In this document: positions 1 to 8,340 of the stretch, piece after piece
How positions within the stretch are numbered: the first letter of the stretch is position 1
Layout of the letters: each line of letters opens with the position of its first letter
Assembly: GCA_038231875.1 (NCBI GenBank)
Contig: JBBSIX010000002.1
Span: 1-32,712, forward strand
DNA: 32,712 bases
Source: Chloroflexia bacterium
GTDB lineage: Bacteria > Chloroflexota > Chloroflexia > QHBQ01 > JADMIH01
Reading direction: 5' to 3'
The notes under the pieces: model-generated
Databases searched by the model: none
What the model was told of the DNA's origin: nothing
What the model saw: only the letters and a program-made list of their open reading frames with translations
Program-made: the position numbers and the translations under genes

Positions 1-725
1 CTATGCCCGACATCTACCCGGTGAAGATACTGGAGACGATGGGCCGGCACGCGGGCTGGCTGCCCGCCGCCTCTGCCCTGGCACGCGCCACAGGCTGGGA
101 AACTCCCAACTTGATCTACCTGCCGGAGTGCCCCAGGGACGTTGACGAGGTGTTGCAGGAGGTGCAGGAGGTGTACCAAAGGCTGGGGCAGGTTGTGATA
201 GTTATGTCGGAGAACCTGCGTAGCCGCGACGGGCGGCCCTTCGCTACCGCCGCGATGGAGGCCGTCAACGGCGGGCGGGGGTCTGCCGCCGCCGGCCCCG
301 ATTTTGTAGACTCGTTCGGCCACGCCTACTACCGAGATGTGGGCGCGGCCTCGACGCTCAAGCAGTTGATCATGCAGAAGCTCGACCTGCGGGCGCGGGT
401 GGACCAGCCGGGCACTTTGCAGCGCATGTCGCACGCCCACCAGAGCGAGGTGGACCTGGTGGAGGCCGAGGAATGCGGCAGGGCGGCGGTGCGTGCAGCG
501 TTGGCCGGCACCACCGACCAGATGGTGATCCTGGAGCGCACCGAAGGCCCCACCTACAGGGCCACCATCGGCATGGCCGACCTGGACCAGATCGCCAACG
601 TCGAAAAGCGCCTGCCTGCCGATTTTATCACCGACGACGGCAACTTCGTCACCGATGCTTTTATAGACTACGCCCTCCCCCTCGTGGGCGCGCCCCTGCC
701 GCAGTTTGTCGAACTGCTCGCCTAG
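1..725 (+). CDS. Phosphofructokinase family protein (ATP- or PPi-dependent), C-terminal part; 5' end lies outside the window
   Basis: The frame is open to the window edge. It contains ETMGRHAGWLPAASALA, the MGR motif region of PfkA-family kinases, followed by a long C-terminal domain. Stop TAG at 723-725. Confidence 0.75.
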   Translation, partial: MPDIYPVKILETMGRHAGWLPAASALARATGWETPNLIYLPECPRDVDEVLQEVQEVYQRLGQVVIVMSENLRSRDGRPFATAAMEAVNGGRGSAAAGPDFVDSFGHAYYRDVGAASTLKQLIMQKLDLRARVDQPGTLQRMSHAHQSEVDLVEAEECGRAAVRAALAGTTDQMVILERTEGPTYRATIGMADLDQIANVEKRLPADFITDDGNFVTDAFIDYALPLVGAPLPQFVELLA

Positions 726-821
726 CGGCTCCGACTCGGCAGAGGGGCCGAGAAGGGAGAATCAGTAGTAGTAGCGAAGGCCGGCGCTTGTGCCGTAGCC
801 CTCGAAGTAGGAGGAGTGAGC

Positions 822-1670
822 ATGAAAGTAGGTAAAGTGGGGATTGTGGGCGCGGGCACGATGGGCAACGGCATCGCCCAGGTGTTCGCCTCATCGGGGT
901 ACGATGTGATCATGCGCGATGTGGGGCAGATGCAGCTTGAGCGCGGCATGGCGGGCGTGCAGAAGAGTATGAGCAAATTCGTGGAGAAAGGCCGGCTCTC
1001 CGAGGAGCAGTCGCAGGCCGCCCTGGGGCGCATCGCCACCACCACCGAACTGCGAGACCTCGCTGGCTGCGACCTCGTTGTAGAGGCGATCTTCGAGAAC
1101 TTCCAGGCCAAGTCGGCGGTGTTCGAGGAACTCGACGGCCTGCTCGGTCCCCAAGCTATCCTCGCCTCCAATACCTCCTCGATAGACATCACCCGCCTGG
1201 CCGCCGTCACCCGCCGGCCCGACCGTGTTATCGGCATGCACTTTTTCAATCCGGTGCCCCTCATGTCGTTGGTGGAGATTATCCGGGGCTTCTCCACTAG
1301 CAACGAGACGTATGAGACGGTGCGCGACCTGGCGGAGAAGCTGGGCAAAACGCCTGTGGAGGTGAAGGACTATCCGGGCTTCGTCTCCAATCGCGTGTTG
1401 ATGCCGATGATCAACGAAGCGATCTTCACACTGTACGAGGGCGTGGCTTCCAAAGAGAGCATTGACACCGTTATGAAGTTGGGGATGAACCACCCGATGG
1501 GGCCGCTCACCCTGGCCGATTTTATCGGGCTGGACGTGTGCCTGGACATCCTGAACGTGCTCTACGAGGGCTTCCGCGACCCTAAGTACCGCCCCTGCCC
1601 ACTGCTGGTGAAGATGGTGCAGGCAGGCAAGCTGGGCCGCAAAAGCGGCGAGGGGTTCTACTCATACTAG
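822..1670 (+). CDS. hbd: 3-hydroxybutyryl-CoA / 3-hydroxyacyl-CoA dehydrogenase (NAD-binding)
   Basis: Rossmann motif [14 protein letters not shown], plus the NTSS and HFFNPVP motifs and the C-terminal GRKSGEGFY typical of the Hbd family. ATG 822 is preferred over GTG 816 because AGGAGG (809-814) sits 7 nt upstream of 822. Confidence 0.9.
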   Translation: MKVGKVGIVGAGTMGNGIAQVFASSGYDVIMRDVGQMQLERGMAGVQKSMSKFVEKGRLSEEQSQAALGRIATTTELRDLAGCDLVVEAIFENFQAKSAVFEELDGLLGPQAILASNTSSIDITRLAAVTRRPDRVIGMHFFNPVPLMSLVEIIRGFSTSNETYETVRDLAEKLGKTPVEVKDYPGFVSNRVLMPMINEAIFTLYEGVASKESIDTVMKLGMNHPMGPLTLADFIGLDVCLDILNVLYEGFRDPKYRPCPLLVKMVQAGKLGRKSGEGFYSY

Positions 1671-1698
1671 CGACATGGGACGAAGGACATGAGCGCCG

Positions 1699-3336
1699 GT
1701 GCAGACAAAGCACGATACAAACGACCTGACGATCCCGCAGCTTGCGGGTTTGCTTGAGGGGTACTACGAAGAGATCGTGGCCTCCTGGGTGGGGCTGCTG
1801 CATGGGTTGGACGACAGCCGTTTCCTCGATCCGCACAACACTCACTATCGCGAGCGGCCCGTCACCGAGTTGCAACTCTCGGCGCGTGAGTGCCTGGCTG
1901 CGTTGGCCCACCTTTTTCGCACGGACCGCTACGACCTGCTGATTCAGTACGCCGACCGGACCTGCCGGGTCAAGTTGGAGCAAGGCTTCGATATAGCCGA
2001 GGTGATAGAGGGTCACTTCCTGCTCAGAGAGGCGGTGCTGCCGGTGATAGACCGCGAGTGCGGCTGGGACATGGGGCACGGCGACTCGCTCCTGATGCTC
2101 TCCAAACTGGAAACGGCGCTCCACTGGCTGGTGATCCGCTTCAGCAAGCTCTACTCTACGGCCCTCAACGAGCAACTACAAAACCAGGTGGCGTTGCTGG
2201 AGGAAGGGCGCAAGCAGTTGGTAGCGCATGTGCGCGAGGTGTCGGCCCTGGTGCGGGCCGGCTCGCTGATCACCTCGTCGCTGAACCTGGACCAGGTGCT
2301 TTCTCTCATACTTGAGCAGCTTGCCGAAGTGGTCAACTACGACAGGGCTTCGATCCAGCTGCTGTTCGGGCGTAAGCTCACCATCATCGCCGCCCAGGGG
2401 TTCAGGGAGCCCAACGATGTGCTGGGTATCGGCTTCGACCCCACCGAAAACGCCCTTACCCGTCGCTTGCTGAACGGCGATGCGCCTATCGTGCTGGAGG
2501 ACGTACACGAGGAGCCTGCCTTCGTCGCGGGCACGAACGACCCGACCCGCTCCTGGATCGGCGTGCCGCTTATGTCGCGCAACGAGGTGTTTGGTGCGCT
2601 CACGCTCGACAAGCACGAGCCTGCCTTTTACGACGAGGAGGACGGTCAGACGGTGCTGGCCTTTGCGAACCAGGCGGCAGTTGCCATACAAAACGCCCGC
2701 CTGCACGACCGCGCCAGAGAGCAGGATGTGTTGCAGGAGCGCAATCGCCTGGCTCGCGAACTGCACGACTCGCTGTCGCAGTCGCTGTTCAGCATGGTGC
2801 TGAATGCCGAGGCCGCCGGCATCTTTTTCGATACTGAGCCTGAGCGGGCGCGCGCTCAGATACAACTGCTGTACGAGACGGCAAACGCCGCCCTCAAGGA
2901 GATGCGTACCCTCATTTTCGAGTTGCGCCCCGCAGACCTGGAGCAAGAGGGGCTGGCTGCGGTGCTGAGTAAGCATGCCAAGATGGTGGCCGACCGCTAC
3001 GGTATCACCGTGCGCGTGGACGTGCGGGGCCGGCGTCGACTGCCTTTGCCGGTGGAAAAGGCGCTATTCCGAGTGGCCCAGGAGGCGCTCAACAACGTGG
3101 TGAAGCACGCTCAGGCTAGTGAGGTAGCCGTTACCCTGAGCGCTCAGGACGACCTGGTAGCGCTCACTATCGAGGATAACGGCGTGGGTATAGAACCGCA
3201 GGCTGCCCGGCCCAACACCCTGGGCCTCACGTCGATGCGCGAGCGGGCCGAGCAGCTTGGCGGACATTTCGAGATCGGCCCCTCCCCGGCAGGGGTGGGC
3301 ACGCTGGTGCGCGTGACGGTTCCGAGCGAACAGTAA
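1699..3336 (+). CDS. Soluble sensor histidine kinase: helical N-terminal sensor domain, GAF domain, HisKA_3 dimerisation domain, HATPase_c
   Basis: H-box RLARELHDSLSQSLF (NarX/DegS-type HisKA_3), N-box EALNNVVKHA, G-boxes DNGVGI and GLTSMRERAEQLGG. A GAF-like segment lies between them and there are no obvious TM helices. The GTG start is uncertain. Confidence 0.85.
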   Translation: MQTKHDTNDLTIPQLAGLLEGYYEEIVASWVGLLHGLDDSRFLDPHNTHYRERPVTELQLSARECLAALAHLFRTDRYDLLIQYADRTCRVKLEQGFDIAEVIEGHFLLREAVLPVIDRECGWDMGHGDSLLMLSKLETALHWLVIRFSKLYSTALNEQLQNQVALLEEGRKQLVAHVREVSALVRAGSLITSSLNLDQVLSLILEQLAEVVNYDRASIQLLFGRKLTIIAAQGFREPNDVLGIGFDPTENALTRRLLNGDAPIVLEDVHEEPAFVAGTNDPTRSWIGVPLMSRNEVFGALTLDKHEPAFYDEEDGQTVLAFANQAAVAIQNARLHDRAREQDVLQERNRLARELHDSLSQSLFSMVLNAEAAGIFFDTEPERARAQIQLLYETANAALKEMRTLIFELRPADLEQEGLAAVLSKHAKMVADRYGITVRVDVRGRRRLPLPVEKALFRVAQEALNNVVKHAQASEVAVTLSAQDDLVALTIEDNGVGIEPQAARPNTLGLTSMRERAEQLGGHFEIGPSPAGVGTLVRVTVPSEQ

Positions 3337-3383
3337 CTGCGGATGGTAGCTGCAACGGTAGCTGCGAGTATTGAGGAGGGAAC

Positions 3384-4046
3384 ATGGCAGGAGAGACGGC
3401 AGCAGAGGGCGATAAAATAGAGGTGGTGCTGGTGGACGACCACGCCATCGTGCGCCAGGGGCTACGCACATACTTGGAGCTACAGCCCGATATCAAGGTG
3501 GTAGGCGAAGCCTCGGACGGTAAGGAGGCGGTGCAGGTGGTGCGCGATACTTTGCCCGATATAGTGCTGATGGACCTTGTGATGCCCAACACCGACGGCG
3601 TGGAGGCCACCCGCCTCATCACAAGCCTGGCGCCCAGCACCCGCGTGGTGGTGCTTACCTCCTTCAGCGAGGACGAGAAGGTGTTTGCCTCCATAAAGGC
3701 GGGCGCGCAAGGCTATTTGATGAAAGACGTGCTGCCGCAGGACCTTGTAAAAGCGATCAGGACCGTACACCGGGGCGAGGCCCAACTCGACCCTGAGATC
3801 GCCCGCAAGCTGATGCAGGAGTTCACCAATCCCCAGCCGACCGCGCCCCGGCACGACCTCACCGAGCGCGAGCTTGAAGTGTTGAGCCTGATCGCCCACG
3901 GCAAAACCAACAGGGAGATAGCCGAGGCGCTGGTGCTCAGCGAAAAAACGGTCAAGACCCACGTCAGCAATATCCTGCAAAAGCTGCACCTCTCCGACCG
4001 CACCCAGGCGGCGGTGTATGCCCTACGGCAGAAGATAGTAGAATAA
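3384..4046 (+). CDS. NarL/LuxR-family response regulator (REC + LuxR-type HTH)
   Basis: VVLVDDHAIVRQGL and VLMDLVMP (phospho-acceptor Asp). C-terminal LTERELEVLSLIAHGKTNREIAEALVLSEKTVKTHVSNILQKL. GAGGAGG at 3373-3379 precedes the ATG. Confidence 0.9.
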   Translation: MAGETAAEGDKIEVVLVDDHAIVRQGLRTYLELQPDIKVVGEASDGKEAVQVVRDTLPDIVLMDLVMPNTDGVEATRLITSLAPSTRVVVLTSFSEDEKVFASIKAGAQGYLMKDVLPQDLVKAIRTVHRGEAQLDPEIARKLMQEFTNPQPTAPRHDLTERELEVLSLIAHGKTNREIAEALVLSEKTVKTHVSNILQKLHLSDRTQAAVYALRQKIVE

Positions 4047-4143
4047 TCTATACATCTACAGACGGAGGCGCCTACTTCGCGGGTAGCGTAAAATATATAT
4101 CGCAGTACCCATGACAAAGGCGCGGAGATATAGTATTATCTTA

Positions 4144-4149
4144 TACAAT
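4144..4149 (+). promoter_or_regulatory. Candidate -10 box TACAAT in the AT-rich gap upstream of the stand-alone receiver gene
   Basis: TTATACAATG lies in an AT-rich island (4085-4200) within otherwise GC-rich DNA. The same TACAATG string precedes the small ORF at 5075. No clear -35. Confidence 0.3.
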
Positions 4150-4200
4150 GACACCACACAGACAAGCGTCCGGCATATTTTTACATCCGAGGTATACGGC

Positions 4201-4797
4201 ATGACTAACTTCGGAGGCTGCTCGACTGTTTCCGGCGCGCAGGAGTACCCCGCTTCCCAGCACCCCCCGCTCCGGCCCCCGCTACGCTCAAGCCCGCTTC
4301 GCAAAAGCGCCCTTTTGGACCTGAGCGAGGCTGACGTGTGCTCCACGGTCTCCCCCTCATCCACGCCCTACCCCCATCCCGTGCCTCTGCCTCCTGTTTC
4401 GCCCTCGGTAAACCCCTCCCAGATACGAGTATTGGTGGCCGGCGACCACGATTGCCTGCGGCGCAGCTTGAAAACGATGCTCGAACTCGACCCACGCATC
4501 CTGGTGGTGGGCGAAGCCGGTGACGACTGCGAGACGATCAAGGCGGCGCGGCGCTTGCGGCCCGATGTGGTGCTTATTGACCTTGATATGCGGTGCTGCG
4601 ACAAGTACAGCGCCCTCATCGAGATCACCCAGGAGGGCCTGGCAGCCTCGGTGGTGGCCCTCACCATACACGAGGCGGCGGACGAGCGAAAGGCGGCGCA
4701 AGCGGCGGGGGTGAGTATACTGCTCGAAAAAGGCGTCCCCTACCGTCAACTAATCAGCGCGATACGCCTGGCCGCCACCACCGCACCCCTCAGCTAG
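4201..4797 (+). CDS. Stand-alone receiver (REC) domain protein with a ~75-aa Pro-rich N-terminal extension
   Basis: The C-terminal 120 aa is a CheY-like fold: IRVLVAGDHD, VVLIDLDM (acceptor Asp), ALTIHE (conserved Thr), LLEKG (conserved Lys). ATG 4201 has GAGGT 7 nt upstream and lies downstream of the AT-rich promoter-like island. The track start at 4111 has no SD. The start remains uncertain. Confidence 0.6.
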   Translation: MTNFGGCSTVSGAQEYPASQHPPLRPPLRSSPLRKSALLDLSEADVCSTVSPSSTPYPHPVPLPPVSPSVNPSQIRVLVAGDHDCLRRSLKTMLELDPRILVVGEAGDDCETIKAARRLRPDVVLIDLDMRCCDKYSALIEITQEGLAASVVALTIHEAADERKAAQAAGVSILLEKGVPYRQLISAIRLAATTAPLS

Positions 4798-5032
4798 CTC
4801 TTTTCGCCACAAGCTCCCCCTCTGTTTGCTCCCTTTTTCCATCTTTATCCCTCCTCCGGCTCCGACTAGCGCCTCTTGACCCCAGCCCTCCATACGTCCC
4901 CGGACCTACGACCTCCGGCTGACTATACGCCGCCCGATGTCGCCCTCGGACCTACTTTTGGGAGGCCCGAAATCGGCCTTGCGCCGCCCTTCTTTACGAC
5001 CTAATGACGATGAAACCGGAGCGTATATCCTT

Positions 5033-5038
5033 TACAAT
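5033..5038 (+). promoter_or_regulatory. Candidate -10 box TACAAT for the small ORF at 5075
   Basis: TTTACAATGG sits 37 nt upstream of the ATG. There is a weak -35-like ATGAAA at 17-nt spacing. Confidence 0.3.
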
Positions 5039-5074
5039 GGTAGTGGATAATAAGAGAAAAGGAGGAAACAGAGC

Positions 5075-5200
5075 ATGTATAACTATTATTACGCACACGC
5101 ACTCAGGGCGCGCGAAGTTCAGACCGAAAGGGAAAACGAGGCGCTCAAGCAACGGCGCCGGCAGGAGGCCCGCCGGGCTGCCCGCAAGATTGCCGGGTAG
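5075..5200 (+). CDS. Small ORF, 41 aa, Tyr-rich N-terminus and Arg-rich helical tail (MYNYYYAHALRAREVQTERENEALKQRRRQEARRAARKIAG)
   Basis: Not in the supplied track because it is under 60 aa. Strong SD AAGGAGG (GGAGG at 5061-5065) lies 9 nt before ATG 5075. Stop TAG at 5198-5200, followed by a stem-loop with a T-run at 5236-5268. No homology is recognised. Confidence 0.35.
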   Translation: MYNYYYAHALRAREVQTERENEALKQRRRQEARRAARKIAG

Positions 5201-5235
5201 GGCTGATAATGAACAGCACAATCCGTACAAAATAG

Positions 5236-5268
5236 AAAGGTCCAGCTAAAAGTTAGCCGGACCTTTTT
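5236..5268. terminator. Bidirectional intrinsic terminator between the small ORF (+) and the acyl-CoA dehydrogenase (-)
   Basis: AAAGGTCC(a)GC / GC(c)GGACCTTT stem around a 9-nt loop. It is flanked by an A-run on the left and TTTTT on the right, so it reads as a hairpin plus U-tract on both strands. Confidence 0.6.
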
Positions 5269-5297
5269 GTTGCCGGCGATTATCCGGCCAACCTACG

Positions 5298-6458
5298 CTA
5301 CTCCGTCCTCGGCCTGCCCTCTTTGAGGGTCATGCTGCTGATAACCAGGCGCTGTATCTCCGAAGTGCCCTCGTAGATCTCGGTGATGCGGGCGTCGCGG
5401 TACAGGCGCTCGACGGGAAAGTCCCGCAGGTAGCCGTAGCCGCCATGTATCTGCACCGCCATGTCTGCGGCCCTATTAGCCGCCTCCGAAGCGTGCAGCT
5501 TGGCCATAGCCGCCTCTTTGCTGAAGCGCACCCCCTGGTCCTTCTGGTAGGCGGCGTGCAGGGTCAGCAGGCGCGATGCCTGCACCTCCATCGCCATATC
5601 GGCGATCTTGATCTGTATCGCCTCTATCTCGGCCAGAGGCTTGCCGAACGCCTGACGCTCGTGCGCGTACTTGACCGAGGTGTCTATGCACGCCTGACCG
5701 ATGCCCACCGCCTGCGCCGCGATGCCGATGCGCCCGCCGTCCAGCGTCTGCATGGCGATTTTGAACCCCTGCCCCACCTCGCCCAATATATTCTCTTTGG
5801 GAACCCGGCAGTTCTCAAAGTGCAACTCCACCGTGTTGGAGCCGCGTATGCCCAGCTTTTTCTCCTCCGCGCCCACCTGAAAGCCGGGCGTGTCGGTGTC
5901 CACGATAAAGCAGGTGATCCCTCGGTGCTTCAACTCCTTGTCGGTTTGCGTCCACACAATACACACCTGCGACACTCCGCCGTTGGAGATGAATATCTTC
6001 GAGCCGTTGAGCACGTAGGAGTCGCCGTCCTCGAGGGCGGTGGTGTGCATTGAGGCGGGGTCGGAGCCTGCCGCCGGTTCGGACAGAGCGTAGCAGCCAA
6101 GCCATTCGCCGCTAGCCAGGGGCGGCAGGTACTTGCGCTTTTGCTCCTCGCTGCCGAAATAGGCGATAGGCCAGCAGACCAGCGAGTTTTGCACCGTCAT
6201 CGTCACAGAAGTGGAGGCGCAGGCCCGGCTTACCTCCTCCATCGCCAGCACGTAGGAAACGGTGTCCAGCCCGGCCCCGCCGTACTCGTCCGGCACCATC
6301 ATCCCAAGAAAACCGATCTCGCCCAGCATCTTGGCCTGCGGCGCGGTGAACTCCTCGGTGCGGTCGTACTCCGCAGCCAGGGGCGCAAGTTGCTCGTCGG
6401 CAAACTCGCGCGCGGTGCTCCGTATCAGCCTCTGCTCCTCAGTCAATCCGAATTCCAT
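5298..6458 (-). CDS. Acyl-CoA dehydrogenase (short/medium-chain, butyryl-CoA dehydrogenase-like)
   Basis: Full-length ACAD pattern: MEFGLTEEQ N-terminus, GCYALSEPAAGSD, IHGGYGY, and YEGTSEIQRLVI near the C-terminus. Confidence 0.9.
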   Translation of the reverse strand: MEFGLTEEQRLIRSTAREFADEQLAPLAAEYDRTEEFTAPQAKMLGEIGFLGMMVPDEYGGAGLDTVSYVLAMEEVSRACASTSVTMTVQNSLVCWPIAYFGSEEQKRKYLPPLASGEWLGCYALSEPAAGSDPASMHTTALEDGDSYVLNGSKIFISNGGVSQVCIVWTQTDKELKHRGITCFIVDTDTPGFQVGAEEKKLGIRGSNTVELHFENCRVPKENILGEVGQGFKIAMQTLDGGRIGIAAQAVGIGQACIDTSVKYAHERQAFGKPLAEIEAIQIKIADMAMEVQASRLLTLHAAYQKDQGVRFSKEAAMAKLHASEAANRAADMAVQIHGGYGYLRDFPVERLYRDARITEIYEGTSEIQRLVISSMTLKEGRPRTE

Positions 6459-6511
6459 ACTCTCCTCAATCTCCTAGCATGTGTCTCTCGCTCGTGTCGC
6501 TTGTCGCAGAG

Positions 6512-7945
6512 CTACTTCTGCTTACCCGGAATGCCCGGTTCGGTCATAGCGGTGGGGTCGAGGATGCGGTCCAACTCGTCGGCGGGCAGAAGGCCCATTT
6601 CGAGTACGATCTCGCGGATCGGCCTGCCGGAGCGTACATTCTCCTGAGCGACTTTAGCAGCAGCGCTGTAGCCGATATAAGGGTTGAGAGCGGTGGCGAG
6701 GGCGTTGCTCTCCTCCACATAGCGGCGGCATCGCTCCTCGTTGGCCGTTATCCCCTCGATGCAGAACTCAGCCGTTACCTCCATAGCGTTCTTGAGAATG
6801 TCTATAGACATGAGCATGTCGAACGCCATCACCGGCATCATCACGTTTAGCTCAAGCTGCCCCGCCTGCACCGCCATCGTAATAGTGGTGTCGTTTCCGA
6901 TCACCTGAAAACAGGCCATGTTGAGCATCTCCAGCATCACGGGGTTGACTTTGCCGGGCATGATGGAGGAGCCGGGCTGCACGGCGGGCAGGTTGATCTC
7001 GGCCAGGCCGGTCTGCGGCCCCGAGGACATAAGGCGCAGGTCGTTGGCGATGCGGGTCAGTTCAAGAGCCAGCAGCTTGAGCGCACCGTGTGCCTCGGCC
7101 ATGGCGCTCTGCGACTGCGTTACCTCCACCAGATACCCAGCCGGGCGCAACGGCAAGCCGGTAAGCCCTGCCAGCTTAGAGACCACCGTCCCCTGATAGC
7201 GGGGGTCGGAGTTGAGGCCGGTTCCCGCCGCCGTCGCGCCTATATTTAGCTCCGTCAGCGCCTCTGCCGCCGCCTCGACTTTGCGGCGCATTTTAGAGAG
7301 GGTGGTCGCGTAGGCTGTAAACTCCTGCCCCAACCTGATGGGCACGGCGTCCTGCAAGTGGGTGCGCCCCGACTTGATAACCCGGTCGAACTCTTTGCCC
7401 TTTTGGGCGAATGCGTTTTGCAATCGGTCCAGCGACGGGTAAAACTCGCGCAGTTCGAGCAGCGAGGCGACACGCATGGAGGTGGGGAAAACGTCGTTGG
7501 TGGACTGGGCCATGTTCACATGGTCGTTGGGGTGGACGGGCTTGTACTCGCCCCGCTTACCCTCCAGCCTCTCGTTGGCAAGGTTCGCCAACACCTCGTT
7601 GGTGTTCATATTGTGCGAAGTGCCCGCCCCGGCCTGAATGGGGTCAACCCGCCACTGGTCGAGATAAGCCCCCTCAAGCACCTCGTCGGCGGCCCCCATT
7701 ATGGCGACGGCACGCTCCTCGTCGAGTTGGCCCAGGTCGCGGTTCGCCTCTGCTGCGGCCCGCTTTACAAGCACGGTGGCGCGCACCAACGTCGGGTGGG
7801 GCAAGAGGCCCGTAATGGGGAAATTGCGGATAGCACGGGCGGTCTGCGCGCCGTACAGCGCATCTTTCGGCACCTGCACCTCGCCCAGCGAGTCCTTCTC
7901 TATACGATAAGCGTCTGCGCCTGCGCCGTTGGGGTTGTGGTTCAT
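6512..7945 (-). CDS. aspA: Aspartate ammonia-lyase (class II fumarase/aspartase superfamily)
   Basis: GSSIMPGKVNP signature followed by CFQVIGNDTTITMA...GQLELNVMMPV and GITANEE...LNPYIG. By memory of the E. coli sequences this matches AspA better than FumC. ATG 7945 (MNHNPNGAG...) is preferred because GGAGG lies upstream and the track start at 7987 falls inside the predicted promoter. Confidence 0.85.
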   Translation of the reverse strand: MNHNPNGAGADAYRIEKDSLGEVQVPKDALYGAQTARAIRNFPITGLLPHPTLVRATVLVKRAAAEANRDLGQLDEERAVAIMGAADEVLEGAYLDQWRVDPIQAGAGTSHNMNTNEVLANLANERLEGKRGEYKPVHPNDHVNMAQSTNDVFPTSMRVASLLELREFYPSLDRLQNAFAQKGKEFDRVIKSGRTHLQDAVPIRLGQEFTAYATTLSKMRRKVEAAAEALTELNIGATAAGTGLNSDPRYQGTVVSKLAGLTGLPLRPAGYLVEVTQSQSAMAEAHGALKLLALELTRIANDLRLMSSGPQTGLAEINLPAVQPGSSIMPGKVNPVMLEMLNMACFQVIGNDTTITMAVQAGQLELNVMMPVMAFDMLMSIDILKNAMEVTAEFCIEGITANEERCRRYVEESNALATALNPYIGYSAAAKVAQENVRSGRPIREIVLEMGLLPADELDRILDPTAMTEPGIPGKQK

Positions 7946-7985
7946 TCGGACTGTGCCTCCACTACAAAAATACACGGACCTGTAC

Positions 7986-7994
7986 ATTATATCA
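7986..7994 (-). promoter_or_regulatory. Extended -10 promoter element TGATATAAT (minus strand) for aspA
   Basis: The reverse complement of 7986-7994 reads TGATATAAT, the TGnTATAAT consensus. It lies about 40 nt upstream of the aspA ATG. Confidence 0.45.
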
Positions 7995-7997
7995 CAA

Positions 7998-8085
7998 GGT
8001 TCGTTCCCTCGGTTATTGGCTACGCCGATTCAGGTCCTATGATATAATGGCCTGAATTGCGTAGCAAGAACCGAGGGAACGAACC
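7998..8085. repeat. 88-bp imperfect inverted repeat; arms carry the GGCCTGAATTGCG(T)AGCAAGAACC motif and the loop contains the plus-strand -10 box
   Basis: The outer 17 bp are perfect: 7998-8014 GGTTCGTTCCCTCGGTT pairs with 8069-8085 AACCGAGGGAACGAACC. The inner arms pair with a few bulges, about 35 bp in total. The 11-nt loop is TATGATATAAT. Confidence 0.75.
8040..8048 (+). promoter_or_regulatory. Extended -10 promoter element TGATATAAT (plus strand), candidate promoter of the OmpR-type RR / HK operon
   Basis: Exact TGnTATAAT at 8040-8048, identical to the 9-mer on the opposite strand at 7986-7994. It would give a leader of about 320 nt to ATG 8375. Confidence 0.4.
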
Positions 8086-8137
8086 ACCCAAAAACCCCAG
8101 GAACCTGCAGATTTGCTTTACCCGCCATACGCTCTTT

Positions 8138-8318
8138 GAGACGAAAACGCAAAGACGCAAAGACGCAAAGGACGACACAAAGATCCTTGTTGTTCAGAGG
8201 CCGGTCAAGAACGGTCGCCGGCATGCCGGCATAGGGGAAGACATAGTGGGCATGTGAGGAAACCCTTAAGAATATTTGTGCGGTCCTTTGCGTCTTTGTG
8301 TCTTTGCGTTTTCGTCTC
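8138..8318. repeat. 181-nt long hairpin: 36-bp arms (35/36 complementary) containing (ACGCAAAG)x3, with an imperfectly paired interior and a central 14-bp palindrome
   Basis: 8138-8173 GAGACGAAAACGCAAAGACGCAAAGACGCAAAGGAC pairs with 8283-8318 GTCCTTTGCGTCTTTGTGTCTTTGCGTTTTCGTCTC. The apex palindrome GCCGGCATGCCGGC is at 8217-8230. Confidence 0.8.
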
Positions 8319-8340
8319 TTGTCAAGCAGGAGCTTGAATC

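Noticed and set aside
4111-4200. Track start codon for the receiver gene at 4111
   Set aside because: There is no SD. It lies inside or upstream of the AT-rich promoter-like island, and the first 30 codons are AT-rich and atypical. ATG 4201 with GAGGT is more plausible, though still uncertain.
5004-5249. 81-aa plus-strand ORF and the antisense 78-aa ORF (4994-5230)
   Set aside because: There is no SD and the composition is junk-like. The 41-codon frame at 5075-5200, with a strong SD and a terminator, is the better reading of this locus.
7946-7987. 14-codon N-terminal extension of aspA (MYRSVYFCSGGTVR)
   Set aside because: It overlaps the predicted TGATATAAT promoter and lacks an SD. ATG 7945 has GGAGG upstream and gives a canonical aspartase N-terminus.
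8147-8170. CRISPR-like repeats (the ACGCAAAG x3 tandem here, and the tandem array at 28428-28667)
   Set aside because: The units are contiguous with no spacers. The first set forms the arms of a hairpin and the second is in-frame coding repeat. There are no cas genes.
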